Origin: Histomonas meleagridis 2922-C6/04-290x
Lineage: Eukaryota; Protista; Parabasalia
NCBI GenBank assembly: GCA_020184695.1
Contig: JAANOX010000177.1
Coordinates: 60,117 to 124,116, forward strand
DNA length: 64,000 nucleotides
Direction of reading: 5' to 3'
The position numbers were made by a program, and so were the translations under genes. A model generated the notes under the pieces. That model was not told the origin of the DNA. It did not search any database and was given only the letters and a program-made list of their open reading frames with translations. This document shows positions 54,801 to 64,000 of this stretch, piece by piece; the stretch's first letter is position 1; the number at the start of each line of letters is the position of its first letter.

Positions 54801-57800
54801 TTTAAAATCAAATTTTTGTGTTTTAAATTTAGGTCTAATTAATAAATAATTAATGATAACTTCTAAATATCGTTTAATTACATTTTGTTTCTTAGAAAAT
54901 ATTGGAATTAATGAAATTATTAATTTATCAATTAAATTATATAATGAAGTATCATAAACTTTTTCTATCACATGAAAATATTGTAATGCACATTGAAATA
55001 TTTTAATTTTAATTGGTAATATTTTAGCTATAAAATCATTAATAGAATTATTAGCTATAACATAATATAATATAATTAAAAATAAAAAACATTGATTTAA
55101 ATTCTTTGTTAAAATTTGATGATTATTTTGATCATTAATTACTTTATATATAAAATCAGTAAATACTTTTTGAGTTTCATTATTAATCTTTAAAGCTGCA
55201 AAGAAACAAACATAAAAGTTAACAAAGTTTTGTATTTTATAATTTTCTTCATTTGGAGATTTATCATCAAATTTACCTATTGATGAATTCATTAATACAT
55301 TTAATAATATAATTAATGATTCATCATTTTCATCATTAATACCTGAATGAATCGAATATATAAAGTTTAATAATATCTTTAATCTTCGTGCTATACTACC
55401 TGAAATTTCTAATATTAAACTTATCATTTCTATTTTCGATTGATTATTTAAATTAAAATAAATTGCTGTTGAATATTTTGTTATTAATTTAATTGATTCT
55501 AATGGAATTAATTGATTATCATTTAAACAACTCTTTAATAAACGTAAAATAGGTGATATTATAGTACTTAACTTTGTTGTTATACAATACATTAAGATTA
55601 ATTCTAAATGTTCTGGTGAACAACCTAATTTAAAGATAAATGATAATAATTCTAAAACAACATTAACTAATGTTATAATTTTTGTCATTTCTTCTTCATT
55701 TTCTTCATTAAAGTTATTTTCCATTATACTCGAATAATAATCTAATATACCCATAATTAATGGTATATCTATTTTTTCCCAATATTCTTTTTTATTCGTT
55801 TCTATGAAATAACGATATTGTTTAAATATTTGTGTTGTCGATTTATAATTAGCTTTAATCCATATATCAATATTAAATAATATTTCATTACATAATATCC
55901 GCTTTAAATCTTCATTATTCATTATAGCAAATTGGGAATAAAATTTGTTCCATAATACTTTCGTTAATTCTGTTTTAGGTGCAGCATTAATTAAGAAATA
56001 TGAAATTACTGAATACGTTTTACTTTGTATCATTTGTAATTGTGCTAATTCTGATTCTCCGACAAGAGATTCAAATAAAGAAGCTAAAAATAATGATAAG
56101 TTTGGTATCTCGGTAGAATTAGGATATGTATAACCTATTTGTGACCATAATGTCGTTAAGAATTCTACTCCATTAGTAGCTTCAAGGATTTGTAAAAATG
56201 ATGCTACAAATGTAGATAATGAACCTTTAAACTTGGGCATTAATAATGATTCATTTGTATAATTGATTAAATACCCTTGATTAGCTTTTTGTGCACTAAA
56301 TAATGAATGTAAACTTGGATTAGATAATAAAGGATAAAAGCCATCATAACCATAATTATATATTTGTTGTGATAACGTGGTTGTAAATGTACCTAATAAT
56401 ATTGCAAAATATGATAATTGCCCATGTTTAACCCAATGATGTTCATTATTTGATTTACTTGGTTGATTTTGGATACACATTGTATCAAATCGTGTATTAA
56501 AACATGTTAATGATATATTAATTGTAGCTGATTGTTCACCATTTATAAAGACTTTGATTAAATTTTCATGTAAATCAAAATAAATCGATAAATTAAACCA
56601 TGTTAATATTGGAAAGTTTAAAGGTATTGATGTATCAAAAGGTTTTAAATCTGAATCTAAATAATTAACACAGAATTTTTGATTTGTTAAATATATATGA
56701 AAATATGATTTATCATTAAAGATATTAATAATTGAAAACGCATCTAAAAAATGTTGAAAATTATCAATTAAAAACCAAAATGTTAACGTGAAATTATTTG
56801 ATATTTCTTTTGGTTGTAAGAATTTACATTCAATGAATTCATTACTAGAAGCAAAATGTATAAATGCTTGTGGTGAATTACTACGTTTTTTAAATAATGA
56901 GATGAAACAATTTATATATTCTTGAATATTCGTTGATACATTTTCGGATTCTAATACATGGAAAAGTCGACAAAACCCAAATAATAATTGTCGACTACTT
57001 ACTTGTAAGTTAACAGATGTAAATAATTCTAAAATCTTTTTAACAATTTCTTTGTCAAGATTCGTTTCTAATAAGTTTAAGAATTGTAATAATATATCCG
57101 ATTTATAACATGAGAAACAATTCCATATTGATTCACAACAAAGTTTACATATCCAATCTAAAATATCTTTAAAGTATTCGGTTTCTTTTGATCCTAAAAT
57201 TAATAAAGGTAAAGGATAAGGATTCTCGATTGAATCAAATGCACCAGTAATCATCACTTTCAAGAACTGGAATATTATTGACTTCTCTTTCGATTTATTT
57301 ATCATTTTAAGGAGACATAACCATGGAATATTTTGAGGTAATACGTCTGGATGTTTTGAAAAGTAATCGAAAATATAAAAACAAATATAAATTAATTCTT
57401 TCGTATCATATTTCTCCGAAATTAATGTTAATAATTTACAATATTGTTCAAATAATGTGTTATAAAACCATGTGCTAAAATCATTTTTAGAATTACTTAA
57501 TAAAAATTGCACTAAACGACTAAAGTTAATAATAACTTGTACAATTAATTCATTTGACGTTTGTCGTTGTATCGAATCTAAAAATGCAACTAATGTACTT
57601 TTGAAGACTTGGAAATTATTAATTGATGTATTTAATAATTCATATGAAGATATTCGTTGAAATACATTATATACAAGATCAAAATTTGTGCCTTCAAATG
57701 AAATAGATAAAAATGAGGGCATAAATGATGGCGATTTTAAGATAATAATGTTACAAAAATATTTGCTTTGTGCAAATTTGTCAATGATTTGAATTAAAGC

Positions 57801-59366
57801 TGGTCGATATTTTGATGATAAATTATCATTTTTTTCAGAATCTGAAATTTGTTGTAAAAGTATTTCTTTCCCTAAAAGCTCCACAAATACTACAAACAAA
57901 TGTGACGTTTGATCTAAATATGTTAACATATATTGCTCTATAAAAAAGATGACTTCGGTTGCAATTGAATGTGAACCTGATTGAGAGCTTTCCCTCAAAA
58001 AGTTGGTGACCGTTTTGAACTTTTCTTTGGTATCGTACTTCAGAATTTTCCTTTGAAAAACGTCGTAAATGAAAAATCGTAAATACAAAAGATTTGATGG
58101 CTCATCAAACATCGAATGCGAAGTTTGGAAGATAGTTTGGAAGAAGTTAATCTTAAATATATTATTAGCATCTAATAACTCAATTAGCTCTTGAATGTTT
58201 TTGTTTTGTTCATTAATATATAAAATTAGAATGAAAATATATTGTAAATTTCCTTGTTTAACTTTATCTTTAATTAATGAGAAACTTAATTCATGTTGGA
58301 AATCATTTGCTGTTGATAAACGAGTTAATGTATGTGCATATTTGATTGCGTTATGATCAGTTGTTAAGACATTTATAATTGTTTTAGAATCAATCACATA
58401 ATTCGATAAATTTGTTTCATCAAATTTGGTTGTCTCATATAAAATAAATGGCTTGACTTCTGAAACAGTTTGTTGCTGAGGTGGTGTTATAGTTATATCA
58501 AAAGGATTATCTAATTGAAGATATTTGTCAACTTCATTAGTGATTGTGTGAATTTCGGATTGATTCAGTTTTTGAAAGAGAAGTATTGAAAATTGAATTG
58601 ATGGCAAAATCGGTGGAAAATGCTGCTTGGAAACAGGAAATGATTGAATAATTGGAATAAGCTCATCAGCAAATCGTTGAAGTAAATCATTCTTAATCTT
58701 TTCAATGGATTCTATGTTAAGAAAGTTAAGAATACTTTTGAAATAATCATTAACAACTGGAAAATAGGATTCAATATTTTCTTTAGATTTCTCTAGAAGA
58801 ATGACACATGATTCAAATATATAATTAGAATACTCTTGGAAGCATGAATTATTCGTCATGAGATACTGTGAAATATTTGGTATAAAATCAAAAAGAACTG
58901 GGATTTGTGTATTAAGAATAACTCGCGAAAGAAAGTTAATGAAAATCTTTTTGGTCAATCCAGCTTCTGAGGGTATACATGGGAATCCCATTTCAATTGC
59001 TTTGAAAAAATCATTTAATAATAATGTATCGATATTAGAAAAATCAAGAAAGAAGATAGCGCAAAACTCTTGAATGAGAGTGTACGCAAAAAATTCAGGT
59101 GGATAATCATGATCTGTTAAAATAAGTTCCGAAAATTGAATTATAATTTCTCGACTATCTTTAGGATCAAGTGAAAAAGATTCTACAATCTGAGGAAAAG
59201 ACAACCTTGTAATGCCTTGGATTTTTCTCCTATCAGGTACTTTTATTTTATAATTTGCAATATAGTTTGTATATCTAGGCGAACTTGGTTTTATTGAGAA
59301 TGACTCCTTGATGACATCATAAGGAAAATTATTTGAGAACGCAGCGATTTGGAACTGAGATGTCAT
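51864..59366 (-). CDS. BEACH domain protein (ConA-like, PH, BEACH, WD40)
   Basis: 2500-aa ORF. Shows MSTFDYLIALNMFSGRSFNNMSCYPIFPWVL, RDFKLPIG, YYLIRLEPF, RELTPEFF, WIDLIWGYKQ and GQIPIQIF, followed by WD40 repeats. Confidence 0.95.
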   Translation of the reverse strand: MTSQFQIAAFSNNFPYDVIKESFSIKPSSPRYTNYIANYKIKVPDRRKIQGITRLSFPQIVESFSLDPKDSREIIIQFSELILTDHDYPPEFFAYTLIQEFCAIFFLDFSNIDTLLLNDFFKAIEMGFPCIPSEAGLTKKIFINFLSRVILNTQIPVLFDFIPNISQYLMTNNSCFQEYSNYIFESCVILLEKSKENIESYFPVVNDYFKSILNFLNIESIEKIKNDLLQRFADELIPIIQSFPVSKQHFPPILPSIQFSILLFQKLNQSEIHTITNEVDKYLQLDNPFDITITPPQQQTVSEVKPFILYETTKFDETNLSNYVIDSKTIINVLTTDHNAIKYAHTLTRLSTANDFQHELSFSLIKDKVKQGNLQYIFILILYINEQNKNIQELIELLDANNIFKINFFQTIFQTSHSMFDEPSNLLYLRFFIYDVFQRKILKYDTKEKFKTVTNFLRESSQSGSHSIATEVIFFIEQYMLTYLDQTSHLFVVFVELLGKEILLQQISDSEKNDNLSSKYRPALIQIIDKFAQSKYFCNIIILKSPSFMPSFLSISFEGTNFDLVYNVFQRISSYELLNTSINNFQVFKSTLVAFLDSIQRQTSNELIVQVIINFSRLVQFLLSNSKNDFSTWFYNTLFEQYCKLLTLISEKYDTKELIYICFYIFDYFSKHPDVLPQNIPWLCLLKMINKSKEKSIIFQFLKVMITGAFDSIENPYPLPLLILGSKETEYFKDILDWICKLCCESIWNCFSCYKSDILLQFLNLLETNLDKEIVKKILELFTSVNLQVSSRQLLFGFCRLFHVLESENVSTNIQEYINCFISLFKKRSNSPQAFIHFASSNEFIECKFLQPKEISNNFTLTFWFLIDNFQHFLDAFSIINIFNDKSYFHIYLTNQKFCVNYLDSDLKPFDTSIPLNFPILTWFNLSIYFDLHENLIKVFINGEQSATINISLTCFNTRFDTMCIQNQPSKSNNEHHWVKHGQLSYFAILLGTFTTTLSQQIYNYGYDGFYPLLSNPSLHSLFSAQKANQGYLINYTNESLLMPKFKGSLSTFVASFLQILEATNGVEFLTTLWSQIGYTYPNSTEIPNLSLFLASLFESLVGESELAQLQMIQSKTYSVISYFLINAAPKTELTKVLWNKFYSQFAIMNNEDLKRILCNEILFNIDIWIKANYKSTTQIFKQYRYFIETNKKEYWEKIDIPLIMGILDYYSSIMENNFNEENEEEMTKIITLVNVVLELLSFIFKLGCSPEHLELILMYCITTKLSTIISPILRLLKSCLNDNQLIPLESIKLITKYSTAIYFNLNNQSKIEMISLILEISGSIARRLKILLNFIYSIHSGINDENDESLIILLNVLMNSSIGKFDDKSPNEENYKIQNFVNFYVCFFAALKINNETQKVFTDFIYKVINDQNNHQILTKNLNQCFLFLIILYYVIANNSINDFIAKILPIKIKIFQCALQYFHVIEKVYDTSLYNLIDKLIISLIPIFSKKQNVIKRYLEVIINYLLIRPKFKTQKFDFKSFNQTKITFIDIYNYILNYNETEESYEYGLLIENNQWAEEKIFQLLLQLIFEQQSKNETNIITEQYLTIFLYYYTNYKFNIKTSYQILLKVINRFPNINYKPIILNFSLNPNKNELINIFPNENLKIPNLEYFIETTELLNQFYSTIPKPIVIDQTTKDFILSFNLNFFNNVQKFSQFNKINLSFGNNNDWYSLCQKLRNEQSPFFKVFLSSERKYKASTFFDYRFRPILLTPKYNLNNFPEFKENKQQKNENNSKNTKKKFLKSNKPKGLECIKITIKNRKEGIFKILNKGYNFINNQGKELFIKSDSVLYIFYRWELLRPNSIEIFLNNHHSYFFSFPGKDHKYIISQLTKIPLPNKIFIQTKSSDEEFRQLKFTERWLDHSMSTFDYLIALNMFSGRSFNNMSCYPIFPWVLKDYEEEPNLTEGLRDFKLPIGAMNPNYLESCKRKMQQSQEIGAKKLFLYSSCYSNLQAVTYYLIRLEPFTQQHIRFHDGKFDNPNRQFFSIIESQKILFNSNQSNCRELTPEFFFFSDFLCNNDKVNFGILANGLYVDDVIIPKWATSHYDFIQKHIRILESEECGKEISNWIDLIWGYKQSGEEAKKSNNLFDPAMYINYNIGPDEIDETETVRKACGQIPIQIFSNPHPQRHSLSQKQTPLIPTNIGKYEYPVLNLFMQIDLNNISDSLKIYSVHRNGNVICTKTKNIRIISQNIYFPLDSRYVSYLEKYFSFVFISNDGNSITFCSLDKKKIIKCNQRPHIAAVSCISTSKDFIVTGGCDASVVLWKIKNYNAVVLRQSVVHNDTISCVTIDDNFGIVVSCSRDGKMTIYQLPTLSFIRSIDLNLENNCVPKSVVISKCMGNICVICYNESNTIQENKKTFVRLYTINGKLINEVTFFKTITDIYAVYDSNCFDYFFFLDQNEILLVDGYTLDKTKTIYQGNEKIAAIYYHQESEILVVGYEKGEFSLVFYPLDAVGDMN

Positions 59367-59698
59367 CTATGTGTATTGAATGATTTATTTTGTTGATTTT
59401 TCTCAAAAGAGTAAATGGAACCGTTAGAATGGGTTACTTGGTACGATGATCAATATATCCCCTTTGTTTTCAGTGATTTTTGATAACATAAATTGTATGA
59501 CCTGTCACACATTTATCTGGTATAACTCATCATCTGACATTAAGATAACAAAAATTCCAATACAAATAATTTTTTGAAAAATTGAGTTAAGTTAACATAA
59601 ATATTTACCATTCATATTTCATTACAATTTTATCTCCAATTACATATATCATGAATAAAAATTTCTATCTGATTGAAAAATTTTTATCATTTTCCATA

Positions 59699-61463
59699 CA
59701 GATTTGAAAAAAAAGGTACTAACCTAATTCAAAGGTACTAACCCCTTTTGCACTTTTTTGTCACTTTTTATTTTGAAAAATGATGAAATCAAGCGATGCG
59801 TTCAAGACACCTGCAATTCCAATTGATGAATTTAAAGAACGACTAAAGGGAACTATTTTAAGCGATGTAGCTATAAGGGGATTATTAAGAAGACCGGAAT
59901 TTCAATCATTACAATTTAGAAATGACCAAGTACTTTTTCTCCGTGAATATCGTGAAAATGTGTGTCATATTTTGCTCAACAACAAAAAATATGGAGAAAT
60001 ATTCGATGTAAGTCATGGGGTTATAGCAAATATTAAAAAAAAAGCAAAAAATGCAAAAAATGACTTAGGGCGCCCCAGAATTTTTGATGATGAAGAAGAA
60101 AATCAAATAATTGAATATATAATTGAAATGGCAGAAAAAAACGAATTCCTAACGAAACAAGAATTATTGCTGTACATAAAGACAAAATTTGGCAAAGAAG
60201 TTACAAAAGGATGGTATGCTGGATTCTTTAATAATCACAAAGATCAAATTGGATTCACCAAAGCTATTTCTCAAGAGAACACAAGATTGAATGTTCCTAG
60301 AGAATTTCTAGATAAGCACATTGAAAATATAAAGTAATATGTTATTGGGAAAGCAGCAGAACTGGTTTTTAACATAGATGAAATGGGTACAAGCGAATGG
60401 GAAGATAAAAAGATAAAATCGGTTATTACATCAAGAAATATGTGTCAAGCACCTGTTATGGTACCTGTAAAACGTTCAATTAGGCATCAAACATTAATTT
60501 CTTGTATTAGCGCAGCATGTAATGCCATAACAGCAATGACAATTGCTTCTAGCCTACGAGTTTATGATATCTTTCGTACAGGTATAAGAAATGGAATTGA
60601 CCTGAAAATTTTAATATCAAATCCTCCATACGTGAAAAAAAATATTCTTTGATTATATTACAAATGTATTTATTTCCTATGTTAATAATCAGCGAAGTAT
60701 TGATAGGTTTTCAGATGAGTTTGCTGTTTTATTCATGGACAATCATTCTTCACATTGCGATCCTGAAATTTTGAAAATTCTTGCCGAAAATCGAGTAATT
60801 GTTATAACATTTCCTCCGCATACATCTAACCTATTTCAAATGCTTGATTTAATGATATTTGGTGCACTTAAAAATGTTAAAAACGGTCTCACATCAAAAC
60901 AAACCTTGAATGATGTTGCAGCATTAGCTGAAAAGGTCTATAGGGCATATGAACAAGTTACGACCAGTATTAACGTTCGTTCTAGCTTTGAAAAAGCTGG
61001 CATATCTACTGACTCTAATGAAGATATAAGGAGAATAATTTTTGATGTAGAAAATATTCGAAATTCTTTCTCATTTTCTGAGATCTGGAATATAAATTTT
61101 GATAAATCCAATTTATCACAAAAAAGATTATAGCCAAACTGGGGTTTCATTAACAAAAAATACTTCCCAAAAGGAATCTTTGAGTAAACGCCAAAAATTC
61201 TAAAAATATTTAAAATGAAATGAAATAAATGAAAAAAATTATAATTTACAAAAGTGCGCATAACAGCTCAGCACCTGATTGAATTTTCGAGTTTAAATTT
61301 ATTCATAATAATTAGATCGCATATATTTTATATATTTATTAAACATTTTCCTCTATATTTAGTCTATCAAAAGATATTTTAATTTTTTTTATGTTAATTT
61401 CTGGAAAAGTGCAAAAGGGGTTAGTACCTTTAAATATGGTTAGTACTTCTTCATTCAAATCTG
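59699..61463 (+). mobile_element. Full-length pogo-like (Tc1/mariner superfamily) DNA transposon, 1765 bp, TA target duplication
   Basis: 59-bp TIRs at 59699-59757 and 61405-61463 (52/59 match) begin CAGATTTGAA. TA flanks at 59697-59698 and 61464-61465. Confidence 0.93.
59780..61187 (+). pseudogene. Disrupted pogo-like transposase (CENP-B-type HTH + DDE_1, DD35D spacing)
   Basis: GRPRIF HTH region, NIDEMG, MDNHSSH and FPPHTSNLFQMLD (35 residues between the last two Asp). In-frame TAA 60335, frameshift near 60645, TAG 61131. Confidence 0.88.
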
Positions 61464-62079
61464 TAAAAAACAAAAAAACCGATGCTGGAATTTGATGTTT
61501 ACTCACGTATGTTTGAGCTCACCAGAATGAGCATGTATTGTACAAAGACGCGTCAGTCTTAAGACTTCAGTCTTATGGTAGGTTGACACACACAGAACAT
61601 CTACAGGCCCCCCTTTCGGCTTCGCCTCAGGGTTCTGCGATGTTATCGTTAATAAACTGTTTATTGATAAATCACATACTATTAAAACATGTAATGTGTA
61701 ATGTAATGTTATGTAAAAATAAACAGCTAATGAAAGTGAATTTATAATATAGTTCATAATGGATCATATATTACAATGAAACATCATTATAAAAAAGTAA
61801 TCATTATAAAAAAGTAATCATAATGAAGTAGTTATAATATAGAAGTAGTCAATAAATATATTATCATAAATAAGTTATCATAATAAATTATAACCAAATC
61901 TATTTCTCATTAACGTTTGACCCCATAATTTTTACCAAAATATTCTATTTCAAGATTACTCATTTCACCGTATATATTTTATCGTAAATAACTTACAGGA
62001 ATATAATCAGTAAAATATTCTACAGATAGAACTTCAAAAAAAAACTTTATAACGATTTTTATTTCATAAAAAAATTTTT

Positions 62080-63512
62080 TTTTTCAATATTTTTACTAAA
62101 AGATGCAACAAACGAGTATAGATATTAATTTCAATATTTATTATAATGACATTAGAAAGAAATGTCAATATGATCTGAATGAGGCAGATGTTATACACGA
62201 TTATAAATAAGTATTTCTTGTATGTGATTTAACACCAGAAGTATTCTTATTCGAAGATTATGATGCTATAAATCGTTGTGTAAAAATAAGTTATACTAAT
62301 GAAAGTACTGCTAAAAAAAAGTTAATAAAAATCATTGTTGGAATAAGAATTATAAATGAAGGAAATAAAAAAATAATAAAAATGGATTCATTATTATGAA
62401 ATATTCATTTAAAAAACACAATATTATTTACTGTTAAAGGATCAACTATTTATAGTGAAGATCTCGAAATATTTGATTATTACAGAGGTTATAATTATCG
62501 AATATTAAATAAAGTTAAGTATGATAATAGATTATTATATTATGTATATAGTTAATCATGTATATGTATGATAATATAATAATCTAATTATATATAATAA
62601 GACCTTTCTTAATACAATCAGAAGTAGTCATCTGTGATAATAATAAGACAGTATATAAATACATATTAGTTTGAATAGCATCAATCATTCAGCAACCTAA
62701 TTATAAAACAGATGTTGCAATAGTAATATTAGGAAATCAAAGTGTTGGAAAAAACACTTTCTTCACTGATGTTATTTGTAAACTAATGGCAAGATATGCT
62801 AATAAAAATATTACTAATATCATCGAGAGTATCGTAGGTAAGTTTAATGCATCAATATAAAACAAGAAATTATCAGTATTAAATGAATCACAAAATATTG
62901 ATGTTAATATATATCTTAATTCAGATGCGTTGAAATCAATTATTACAGATGATATTATATATATTAATCGAAATAATGAACCTATGAAAATCGTTGAATG
63001 TAGCTAATTTTATAATGGTATCCAACAATGATATTCCTATTAAAATCGATTCAGGAGATAGAAGATATTTAGTATTAAGTGCTTCTGACAATTATAAAGG
63101 AGATTTTAGATATCTATCTGATCTATATAATATCTTTACAAAAGAATTTTATGAAAACTTATTTACTTACTTAATGAAAATAAATACAAAAGAAGTTAAC
63201 TTAATCATAATAATACCAAAGATTGAAGCTAAAGAGAATATTGAGAAGGCATCACTATTGTCATATGAATTATTCATTAGAGAATATTATGATTTAATTA
63301 AAGATTCAACAGGACCTCAATCATATATTTTATATAAAGATTCTGTTGTAAAATATGATTTTAATAGTCCTTCTTCTAGAACATCAATTGCTAGTATAAA
63401 GAAATATACAGGAGAAGCAGTTAGTAAAAGAATTATTGATGGAGTCGTATTTAGAGTATATAATTTAAGATTAGAAATCTATGAAAAATATAGATTCTAT
63501 CTAAAAAAATAA
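62080..63512 (+). mobile_element. Decayed Maverick/Polinton-type D5-like (SF3) primase-helicase relic
   Basis: IVILGNQSVGKNTFF (Walker A), GKFNASI*NKKLSVLNE, LKSIITDD and NFIMVSNNDIPIKIDSGDRRY. Multiple stops and frameshifts. Confidence 0.8.
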
Positions 63513-63602
63513 TAAATGAATGTGAAGAATATATTTACTAGAATCGAATATTTGATGACCCAAAGACTCATTAAACAGATTTCACCGGAAATTTTATTTT
63601 CA

Positions 63603-64000
63603 TTAAACGACATTCATAAAAATACTCAACGTAATAGTTATTTTTTTTGCTTTTATATAAATATTAAATCTACTATGTTAATCTTCGATTTTAGAATACT
63701 TTTGCCATAATTTATCTACATTAGAACAACTTGCAGGCTATTCTTTAATCAATTCATAAAAATCTTCTATAGATATATAAGGAAATAATACTATATCATC
63801 AAATATTCTTTTCAGATCTCTTGGCATCGATTTTACTGTTCAAACACATATAATTACATTAATATTGAAATGTCTTAGTTTCTTCAATAATTTCATTAAA
63901 TCAGTTTCTTCATCATTTAACAATACATGGTTAGCAAAATCATCTAATACTAATAGCATTCGATGTGGATAAGTTTTCCAATTGTATTTACTTAACTCTA
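63603..64000 (-). mobile_element. Decayed Maverick-type packaging ATPase (A32-like) relic, runs off the window
   Basis: Minus strand reads MLLVLDDF (Walker B)...KLRHFNINVIICV*T...DDIVLFP, with in-frame stops. Confidence 0.72.

Noticed and set aside
52500-57500. Very AT-rich core of the BEACH gene as a foreign insertion
   Set aside because: The ORF and domain order are continuous; codon bias explains it.
35987-61133. Stop-codon reassignment (TAA/TAG as sense) to explain in-frame stops
   Set aside because: Intact genes here terminate at TAA, TAG and TGA. The affected genes often also carry frameshifts, and the expected residues differ (Y versus Q/E/K).
1-64000. tRNA, rRNA or snRNA genes
   Set aside because: None recognised by eye. 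A covariance-model scan (tRNAscan-SE, Infernal) would be needed to exclude them.

Overview
AT-rich, intron-poor eukaryotic DNA with parabasalid hallmarks (Trichomonas/Tritrichomonas-like): an IBD initiator-binding protein, BspA and Pmp-like surface proteins, DUF3447-ankyrin genes and a Maverick relic. Apparently intact genes include a bacterial-type L-cysteine desulfidase, two kinases, a Vps18-like protein, an exportin-like protein, an ABCB half-transporter, a Dsc3-like protein, an EF-hand protein, a PAP2 phosphatase, a USP deubiquitinase and a 2500-aa BEACH protein. There are also several lightly damaged multigene-family members, a complete TA-flanked pogo-like transposon and decayed Maverick helicase and ATPase genes. 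The most unusual signal is two ankyrin arrays (19953-21230 on +, 28340-30771 on -) with an almost invariant 170-nt period. Each unit has a stop-free ~30-codon ankyrin block, hypervariable at binding-face positions, followed by an 80-nt AT-rich spacer. The spacer breaks the frame, carries a stop and lacks consistent spliceosomal signals. One 209-nt unit is 208/209 identical between the two loci although its neighbours differ. This suggests an uncharacterised non-canonical processing and/or cassette-shuffling system. All family assignments come from motif recognition by eye; no searches were run.
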